From assembly GCA_963766075.1 (NCBI GenBank), contig CAVYAN010000031.1, positions 1 to 64,000 of the forward strand: a stretch of DNA of 64,000 bases. Reading direction: 5' to 3'. Position 1 is the stretch's first letter; every line of letters begins with the position of its first letter. The translations under genes and the position numbers were made by a program. This document shows, piece by piece, positions 32,620 through 40,421 of this stretch. The notes below the pieces were generated by a model that did not search any database, was not told where the DNA came from, and was given only the letters and a program-made list of their open reading frames with translations. The stretch comes from an uncultured cyanobacterium (GTDB lineage Bacteria > Cyanobacteriota > Cyanobacteriia > Leptolyngbyales > Leptolyngbyaceae).

Positions 32620-35001
32620 GGGAGCATGTCATCCTTTTAGGGAGAATAATCCATTAAGGTAAGCCGTACGGTGGGCTAAGACTTGTGGCACATTTTCAGC
32701 GTCCCACTGTGCTCCAGATATTTGCACCCGACGGTTAATTTGCTTAATCGCCGACTCAACGGCTCCAGAACCAATAGAACAGATGCCCTCAGCTTGATAG
32801 TAAGCATAGTTGACAATCCGGTGGCGATGCTTTTCGAGATAGGTGCAGAAGTTGTACGCCTGTTTCCGCTTCATATCCTTGAAGAGCGCCATCGTCTCAT
32901 CCACCTGACCTTTCCATAAGTAGGCTTCTGCTTGACGCAGGCGTTTGAGCGAACCACCGACTTTTTGTAAGTTTTCGTTGAGATGATACCAGTCTAAAAT
33001 CTCCCGTCGTTGTTCGGGAGTTGCAATTGCCGCAATCAGGTTCCAAACACCGTCATGACCATCGCCCAAACAAGTGATAGGTGTACTTAAAGGTTGGCTA
33101 TTGACCCAATCGATTAAGGGTTGATTTTGATGCAGATTAGCCACCACACCCTGGTCGGTCGCAATCGCTTTGTAGTCGCGCCAGATGCAGAGGTCGCCCA
33201 CGGGAGTCCGTAATCGCACCTTACCCCCGTCAACACAAGCTTCCGTGATGGGTTGGAGGACCACTGGGGCGGGGAAATCGGTCGTTTGGACCAACCGCTG
33301 TTGCGTGTTGTCACTCACCACCATGCCTGTGAGCAGCGCTACATCGGATTCTGCATTGGCATAGCTCACATTCGCACTGACGCGTAAGCAGCATAATTCT
33401 AAATACGGGCTGATTTGCTTGCCTGCAGCCACACCTAAGGCTTGACCTTGTTTCTCGCTCAAGGGGAGGCGACCTAAAATACTTTTTAGGGTGCGGATGT
33501 ATCCGGCGTTTGTACCTGTAATTGCTGTGATAAAAAAACACCGACTTGGGGACCCACATGTTCCTGAAGTTGCGCGCGAATCCCGGCCTCAATCTGTCCC
33601 AGATTTGTCATCTGACTTTTATCGGGAGCATCTCACCTTTGCGATGAGTAGAAATACTTGTGATCATATCGCCCTGGAAAGCTGAAAATGCGTTGAAAAT
33701 TGACCATTTAGGTAGGCACACCGATGTTTTACGACTTGATCGACATTCTTCGCCTCCCATTGTGCTCCTGAAATTTTCACCCGGCGACTAATTTGTTTAA
33801 TTCCAGATTCCACGCCACCCGAGCCAATGGTGAATCCTTCTGACTGTAAATAGTCATAATTCGGAATCCGATGCCGATGCTTGGTCAGATAGGTGATGAA
33901 ATTGGGCACGGTATCAAGAGTGCAATCGGAGAACAGCGCCATCGCCGCCTCGACTTTGCCAGTCCATAACAAGGCTTCCACCTGATTTAAGCGATTGTTC
34001 GAGCCACCCACTTTGTGCAAATTCTCGACCAAATGGTACCAATCCAGAATTTCACGCCGCTGTTCTGGAACCGCCACCGCACGAAATACATTCCAAATCC
34101 CATCATGCCCATCGCCTAAACAGGAAACCGTGGTGGCTAAGGGTTGGCTATTGACCCAATCAATCAACGCCTCATTTTTTTGGAAATATCCCCCGATCCC
34201 TTGACCTTCTAAAACCACGGCTTTGTAATCTTTGTAAATAGACACTTCACCCTTGGGGGTGCGGATTCTAGCTTTTCCGCCATCTAAACTCATTGATTCA
34301 ATAGTGGTTTCAGAAATGATTCCCTTAAATTCCTGACGATGCACTAATCTATGATGAGTACTATGAGAAATATCTATTCCCATTAGAATTGCTAAATCTT
34401 CTTGTGAACGTGCATAAGAGCTATTTGCACTCACGAGTAGACAGCAGTTTTCTAAGTGCTCACTGATTTGAGTATAGGGTTTTACATTGAGGTGTTGGGC
34501 TTGACGTTCCGTGATTTCAAGATTCCCGATTGTTGTTTTGATGTTTCGCTTTCTTCCCGTTTCGATTTCGGTGGCATTTTTGACAAAAAAACACCGATAG
34601 GAGGGCTGACATGCTGCAGGATTTGCTGACGAACGGTAGTTTCAATATCCCCCAAGGTCTGAATCACTTTCGGATCCGTATCAGAATAGAGAATTTGGGC
34701 AATTTGGTTGGCATGGTATTCTATTTTTTGTAATTCTTCAGGCGTCATGGCGGCAAAGCCTCAAATCAGTGACTCAATTTTGTCGTATTTCGATGAAATT
34801 ATCACTAAGCATTTATGCTCATTGCAAAGGTGAGATGCTCCCCTTTTATCTGCGTCGGCATACAAAATCTTGGCAATGGCTTGCACGTGCTCATCGATCT
34901 GAGCTTTTTCGGCTGGGGTCATGGATATACACTCCCTAAGTCAGGCTCAAACCCTGATTATACAAGACTTATTTTTCTACCCAAAAGGGTGACATGCTCC
35001 C
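32620..35001 (-). mobile_element. ISKra4-family IS (outer element), interrupted by a second ISKra4
   Basis: Terminal IRs GGGAGCATGTCA(T/C)CCTTTT (18/19 match); transposase from ATG 34922 to 32629 with VDGG, LGDGHDG, ILDWYHL, IGSGAVES; T7 slippery run at 33532-33538; no flanking duplication. Confidence 0.9.
33624..34842 (-). mobile_element. ISKra4-family IS (inner element, apparently intact)
   Basis: 25-bp IRs GGGAGCATCTCACCTTTGC(G/A)ATGAG; 8-bp target duplication CTTTTATC at 33616-33623 and 34843-34850; ORFs 34748-34482 and 34434-33664 joined at a T7 run (34585-34591). Confidence 0.92.
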
Positions 35002-35110
35002 TTCAACAGTCTCCATAGATATGAAATTACACCCAGCGTTGCTAAGTACAGCAAATGGCTTTTCAAAAAACAACAATAGAAATTTTAATTCGATAGAATA
35101 TTGAATTAGA

Positions 35111-35833
35111 TCATCTTGTAATCCTACTGCGATGGACTGTGGAAGTAGTGGAATTGAATTGCTTTTGATGACGGGAAGCCCTGAAGAGCTTGTCTTTGAA
35201 GAATATTTTTTTTACAATTTGCGAGTCTTTGATACTTGCAAATTCTAGAGAGTTTTCGATACAAAAGCTTTTTGGTTTATCATTTTTGATAAAAACTGGT
35301 GTTAAATGGTTGCCTGAGTTTTGCAAGCCAATTTGCACATACCCAAGCTTATAGGCTTCTTCTATGGAACGCCCTGCGCCAATTGCTTGATAAAAACCAA
35401 TAGAAAAAGCAATGGCAGCATTATCACCAATTGCCTGGTTCATTCCAATAACATAGTCAATGTGTTGAGCAATAGCATTTGTCTGGCTCTCTGAATAGCA
35501 AGCATTCAGAATTACGCACTCTACCTGCATATTAAATTGCTCAAATAAAGCAGCTAAAGCATCAGGTTTAATTGGATGTATCTTTCCTAACTTGTCTTCA
35601 AAGCATAATGCACCATCAACCGTCCCATGACCTGAAAAGTGAACAACTTGAGGTGCTAGGTCTAGCAGAGCTTGGCTTATATCAGACGGACGAACAGACA
35701 TCCTTTGGTGGAGAGTAAAACAATCACGGAGTTTTGCAAGCTGTAACCTTTCCTAGATTTCTCGTAATTCTTCACCAAGTCTCAATCTAGACAAATTAGA
35801 GGGGTCAGCCGCCAGAAATAAAATTGAAATCAT
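35111..35833 (-). pseudogene. CHAT (caspase-like) domain protein, integron cassette 2; in-frame TAG at codon 27
   Basis: MISILFLAADPSNLSRLRLGEELREI*ERLQ..., VHFSGHG, ILNACYS, YVIGM. Confidence 0.8.
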
Positions 35834-35943
35834 AGAGATACGCAGAAACTTACAACAGTTGCTTAACCACACTTCGTAACTTCAATGTAAACCACCTTAA
35901 ACCTCTGGCTAGTTCTCTTCTCTCTCAACTTAAGACTTGGTCA

Positions 35944-36030
35944 GCATAACGATCCTGCTCACCGGACGCAGATAACCTTTGCATCACAACGATAGCTTAG
36001 ATTTGTTCCGGTGCAGCAGGCTTGTTCGGC
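35944..36030 (-). other. Integron attC site (87 bp)
   Basis: Minus strand: GCCGAAC-AAG-CCTGCT(G)CACCGGA...TCCGGTG-AGCAGG-ATC-GTTATGC, i.e. R'' box, L boxes with an extrahelical G, R' box; lies right after the GNAT stop. Confidence 0.88.
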
Positions 36031-36051
36031 GGCTGTTGATTGACTAGAAGT

Positions 36052-36568
36052 TCACTTTGTTTCAGCGTGTAAGATTAGTTCCATCAGATGCTCATCATAA
36101 AATTGACCTTGATTAGAAAAAGCTTCATGTTCTGTCCCGTAAATGCAAAACCCCAGCGATTTGTAAAGTTGGATAGCAGCGTCTTGGGCTGTGACGACCG
36201 TGAGATGTATTCTACGCAAGCTATTATCTCGTTGAGCACGGACAAGGACTTCACTTGCCATTGCTCGTGCTAGACCACGCCGCCGAAATTCAGGTCTAAC
36301 ATAGAGTCCAGCGATAAAGCCACGATGCTTTTCATTCGCTTCTTCAAAACGTGAAAAGCGGATGGTGCCGACAAGAATTTCATCAGAAAAAGCTCCAAGA
36401 AGATATGTATCTTCAGATTCTTGGAGACGTGAAGCCACTGCTTCAAGTGCGAGCTTTTCTTCTTTTTCGGCTGGAGTGCCGAATGCAGGGGGTTGCTCAC
36501 GCAATGCAGCCAAACGGAGTACTCGATTATTCTTTTACGTCTGCGGGTGTGAGTGTTCGTATTGTCAT
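36052..36568 (-). CDS. GNAT acetyltransferase, integron cassette 1; +1 frameshift near 36528
   Basis: MTIRTLTPADVKE then YRVLRLAALREQPPAF..., LYVRPEFRRRGLA, AIQLYKSLGF. Confidence 0.8.
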
Positions 36569-36613
36569 GCTCTGCCTTAAATTATATCAAAGACGACAAT
36601 GCTGAGCGTAGCA

Positions 36614-36632
36614 GCCGAACAACTTATTACAT
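36614..36632 (-). other. Probable attI core site
   Basis: Minus strand ATGTAAT-AAGTT-GTTCGGC; GTTCGGC is the exact complement of the GCCGAAC R'' box closing cassette 1. Confidence 0.65.
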
Positions 36633-36640
36633 AGACTCTT

Positions 36641-36760
36641 TTCTCGATAATGTCTGGGTGGGCACATTATCGAGAATTTTTTCTCACAATATCCCCACTG
36701 GTAGGGAATTGTCGAGAATTTTTTCTCATGATATCCCCACTACCGGGGAATTATCGAGAA
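36641..36760. repeat. Three tandem palindromic units (40-42 bp period) between attI and intI
   Basis: TTCTC..AT...ATTRTCGAGAA units at 36641-36676, 36681-36718 and 36723-36760. Confidence 0.85.
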
Positions 36761-36837
36761 AGTTACCGTAAATTCACGCACTTTATACTCCGAGTTAAAT
36801 GCAAAATAAATCGCATACAATTCGGAGGCGCATACTG

Positions 36838-37209
36838 ATGTCCTCCCCACCCAAACTGTTTGATCGCCTACATGAGAGTTCCGTCGTCGTCATTATTCCT
36901 ATCAGGCAGAAAAAATTTATATCCACTGGGTTAAAGAATTTATTCAATTCCACACTATGACCCCACTGCGCGAGTGAGGTCGTGAGGCCGTGGAGGCACT
37001 TCAGCGCCCTCATCTTTCTCTATCGCGGAGTCTATCGCTTCGACGCAGATTGGCACCTAGATGTTATGTGAATCAGTCTATTGCCAAACGGCTATGACAT
37101 CCGTACCGTCCAAGAACTCCTCGGCCACAAGGATGTCAAAACCACGATGATCCATACCCATGTGCTCAATCGGGGCGGTTTGGGGGTGCGCAGTCCCTTA
37201 GATGCCTAA
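36838..37209 (+). pseudogene. intI: Integron integrase pseudogene
   Basis: GGAGG RBS, then fragments MSSPPKLFDRL / RRRHYSYQAEKIYIHWVKEFIQFH / FSALIFLYRGV / [39 protein letters not shown]; frameshifts, stops, catalytic core deleted. Confidence 0.9.
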
Positions 37210-37235
37210 ATCCAGGCGCAGGCTCTGGGCGCAAC

Positions 37236-37336
37236 TTGAATATGAGTTCATCGAGTTCTCGAATATTGAATATGAGTTCTCGAAAATTGAATACGAGTTC
37301 TCGAATATTGAATACGGGTTCTCGAAACTTGATCTC
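37236..37336. repeat. 21-bp tandem repeat GAGTTCTCGAAWATTGAATAY x4 plus a partial copy
   Basis: Units start at 37253, 37274, 37295, 37316. Confidence 0.9.
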
Positions 37337-37663
37337 AAGCCATCGGTGGATGGCACCCCCGCAGAAATGCCTGTCCATCCCAAATTTACTCAAAATAGGA
37401 CTTGCAAAGTGCGGCGCAATTCGGTATTCTCTTGCGTTAAGGTGAGTGCGCTTAGGTTTAGTACTCGCCCAGACGCCCAAAGACCTCGGTCTTAAAACGC
37501 GATCGCCCAGTGCGTGGAACCACCAAGCGATCGCTAACCCCCAAGCTGAGTCAGCAGCATGGCGGCTTGTTCTATTTTACAAGCCACCCTGTTTTGCAAC
37601 GCATTCGGGGTGGCTGCGGTTTTTGGGTCTTCTTCCCCCACAAAAAACACAAGGAGACCCATC

Positions 37664-37981
37664 ATGACCACTCAACCGCCGAGTGATAGAAACGATCGCC
37701 CGTCCACTCTCAACGATTCAGGCTCACGCGATCCAGAACAGCGCACGGTCAATGGCGATCGCGGCTCACCCGAAGTCCGCGACTTCATTACCGACCTCAC
37801 CACCCTCGGCAACGAATGGGTCAACATCACCCTCACCGGCTCCCGCCCCGCCGTCCGGGCCATGGTCAACCTCCTGCACCAAGTCAACGTGATTGGGGCC
37901 AGTGAATGGAGCAAGGCCATTGCCATCAAATCTACCCCAGTAATCATCCGCGTTGCCTCTCGGGGCATGCGTACAGAATAA
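37664..37981 (+). CDS. Small cyanobacterial hypothetical protein
   Basis: AAGGAG RBS; C-terminal LTGSRPAVRAMVNLLHQVNVIGASEWS motif. Confidence 0.6.
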   Translation: MTTQPPSDRNDRPSTLNDSGSRDPEQRTVNGDRGSPEVRDFITDLTTLGNEWVNITLTGSRPAVRAMVNLLHQVNVIGASEWSKAIAIKSTPVIIRVASRGMRTE

Positions 37982-38149
37982 TTCAGGGGAAGTCAGCCGC
38001 CCTGCGGTCGCGGTATTCAGGAGCCAGGGAGCGTTAAGCATTCTGGCTCCTGGCTCCTCCCCTGTCCTGCGTTACGCAACTAGGCATGGTCAAGTAATAG
38101 CATCAAGACACAGATCCCTAAAAGATATAGCTCCCTATATAGCCATCTA

Positions 38150-38240
38150 GCTCCCTGAGCGGAGCCGAAGGGAGCAGAGCCGAAGAGAGCGGAACCGAAG
38201 GGAGCGATCGGTAGTTCGTTGAGCGGAGTCAAAACGAACG
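38150..38240. repeat. Cluster of REP-like GAGCGGAGYCGAAGGGAGC repeats
   Basis: Several tandem variants of the motif seen at 10641-10668. Confidence 0.75.
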
Positions 38241-38345
38241 GAAAACTGTGAACCTATTGTTTAAAAAGACCTCACCCCGCGAACCAGAGTCCCTTCCTCC
38301 AAAAGAGACGCAAGGGAGATCCTGGGCACGATAAGACTGTAACAA

Positions 38346-38427
38346 TGGGCGGGGAGAGACTCGAACTCTCATACCTTTCGGTGCCGCATTTTGAGTGCGG
38401 TGCGTCTACCAATTCCGCCATCCGCCC
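38346..38427 (-). tRNA. trnL: tRNA-Leu(CAA)
   Basis: GGGCGGATGGCGGAATTGGTAGACGC-ACCGCA-CTCAAAA-TGCGG, long variable arm, GTTCGAGTC T-loop. Confidence 0.95.
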
Positions 38428-39311
38428 TTGGATGGAAGCTGCGCTTCTTTTGCAGTTTCACTATTATAGCGGATTGAGCGACTTTGGAACAGCGATTGAT
38501 AATCTTTGCTGCTGGCCCAGCGATCAATCTCCCGCGCCCGCAACACCGGCACAGGATGGGTCAGTTGAGCCGTCATTGCTTGCTTCAGCATTTCCCCCAG
38601 TTGATCGTTGCTAATATCGTCGTAGGCGCGGGCTTGGGCCAGAAAAGCATCCAGGTTAAGCTGACTGGACAATTTAGCCGAGCCGCCCGCCAATTTCATC
38701 AAAACAGAACTGACAACCCGTGGGTTTTGACTGGCCAGGAGCGCGGCGCGATCGCAGCTAAATTCCGCACAGCGCACCCATTCCAAAATCTGGCTTTGCA
38801 TCGTTTGGGCAATCTGTGTCCCCACTCCTGGCATTTGCCCCGCCGCCAACATCAAAATGTTAGCCAGCGTCAGATACACCCCGTGCTCGCACTTCAAATG
38901 CCCCAACTCATGGCCAATCACGGCTTGCAGTTCCTCTAATGTCAGCAGATCAATCAAGGAGGTATGCACCACAATGAACGGCTGCTTTCCCCGCATGGCA
39001 AAGGTATAGGCATTGGGCACGGGATGCTGGCGAATGTAGAGACGGGGAATTTCCAGATCCAGGACTTGACACGCCTCCACCAGCAGGGCATAAATGTCAG
39101 GCAGTTGCTGCTCGCCCACCAGAACGCTAGAAGCAATATTTTCCAGGTAAAAAAACTGTTCCGCCAGTGGTCCCAGCAGATTGCGCACAACCAAATCTAA
39201 CCCCGGCAACTGTTTCAGGTTAGCAGTTGCCCGCAGATCTAAGGGATGCCGAAACTGGTCCGCCCGCAACCCAATCAGCGGCATTTTCAAAGGAGCATTT
39301 AAAAAAGACAT
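38406..39311 (-). CDS. M48 family zinc metallopeptidase
   Basis: PNAYT, GHELGHLK, AEFSCDRA, THP...R. Confidence 0.9.
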   Translation of the reverse strand: MSFLNAPLKMPLIGLRADQFRHPLDLRATANLKQLPGLDLVVRNLLGPLAEQFFYLENIASSVLVGEQQLPDIYALLVEACQVLDLEIPRLYIRQHPVPNAYTFAMRGKQPFIVVHTSLIDLLTLEELQAVIGHELGHLKCEHGVYLTLANILMLAAGQMPGVGTQIAQTMQSQILEWVRCAEFSCDRAALLASQNPRVVSSVLMKLAGGSAKLSSQLNLDAFLAQARAYDDISNDQLGEMLKQAMTAQLTHPVPVLRAREIDRWASSKDYQSLFQSRSIRYNSETAKEAQLPSKGGWRNW

Positions 39312-39402
39312 GGGGTTTTCGGTAAAGACAGGGTTTAGAAAAGACAGGGTTTAGAAAAGGCAGAAGTTGTTTGGGTGATTTCCATAAAAACCCACCGACC
39401 AA

Positions 39403-39470
39403 GATTGCTCCCTGAGCGGAGAATTCCTCCCTGAGTTAAGGATTGCTCCCTGAGCGGAGTCGAAGGGAGC
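39403..39470. repeat. REP-like repeat, two copies (one partial)
   Basis: GATTGCTCCCTGAGCGGAG(TCGAAGGGAGCA). Confidence 0.75.
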
Positions 39471-39682
39471 AGTTCTCCGCCCAGCCAACGGGAATGTTAT
39501 TTTGAAAATTGCCTCAAGAAACCAGAAACAAGCCAGACGCCAGAAAACATAAGGCAAAAGCAGCAATTTCCCAGTTCGCCCTTCTATCCGTCAGTATATA
39601 GTCAATTGCCTTTTCATGAAGGCGCACCCCGCCATAACAGCCTGGACAATCATGTCTGACACCCCCTGATCCATAGCCAAAA

Positions 39683-39723
39683 CTTAACCTGTTCCCAATC
39701 TGTCAATTACCTGACCTTGAGCT
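39683..39723 (+). promoter_or_regulatory. Possible Pho box (SphR binding)
   Basis: CTTAACCT, CCCAATCT, AATTACCT, CTTGAGCT at exact 11-bp spacing. Confidence 0.45.
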
Positions 39724-39768
39724 AGGCGATCTACAGTGTTTAGGATTGTTTCAATCTCCTCACACACT

Positions 39769-40401
39769 ATGCTTCAGCTCTACGCCACGCGCTCCGTCCC
39801 CCAGACTGATCCTCGGCAGTTTCTTGAAGACCTCTATCGTGGGCATGCAACGGTTACCTTTCGGTCGGGTCAACTGATTCCGATGAATCCTCAGGAAGTT
39901 TGGGTGGTCGGGCGTGGCGTGGTGCAACTGAGTACGTTCTATCCCAACGGCGACGAGGCTTTGTTGGGGTTGGCGGTGCCTTCGATGCCCTTTGGGCTGC
40001 CCTTGTCGCTGATTCAACCGTATCAGGCGATCGCCATGTCGGATGTGCTGCTGATGTGCCTCAGCATGGCCGAATTGGAGCAGTCCCCCGACTTAGCCCA
40101 AGCGGTAATGCACCAATTAGGACGACGACTGCGCCAGACCGAAGCCATGCTGGCCATGGCCGGGTATCGCCGGGTGGAGGAACGGCTGCGGCAACTGCTG
40201 ACCCTGTTGCAGGCAGAAATTGGGCACCCTGTCCCTGGAGGCACGCGGCTGGGAGTGCGCTTGACCCATCAACACTTGGCCAGTGCCATTGGCACGACGC
40301 GGGTCACCATTACCCGATTGCTGGGCCAGTTGCGCAAGGATCAGCAACTTGTGCTGGATGACTCGCGGCATATGGTCATTCCCGCGGGAGTAACGCTTTA
40401 G
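39769..40401 (+). CDS. Crp/Fnr family transcriptional regulator
   Basis: cNMP-like beta-barrel plus LTHQHLASAIGTTRVTITRLL HTH. Confidence 0.9.
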   Translation: MLQLYATRSVPQTDPRQFLEDLYRGHATVTFRSGQLIPMNPQEVWVVGRGVVQLSTFYPNGDEALLGLAVPSMPFGLPLSLIQPYQAIAMSDVLLMCLSMAELEQSPDLAQAVMHQLGRRLRQTEAMLAMAGYRRVEERLRQLLTLLQAEIGHPVPGGTRLGVRLTHQHLASAIGTTRVTITRLLGQLRKDQQLVLDDSRHMVIPAGVTL

Positions 40402-40421
40402 AGCGCAAATCTCCAGAAGGA

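Noticed and set aside
36760..36837. LexA box upstream of intI
   Set aside because: No match to the cyanobacterial RGTAC-N3-DGTWC consensus seen
36641..37336. CRISPR array interpretation of the two repeat clusters
   Set aside because: No unique spacers of CRISPR length, very few units, and no cas genes in the window
37166..37495. ORFs with EYEFSNI / IFENSYS repeats
   Set aside because: By-products of the 21-bp tandem repeat being open in several frames
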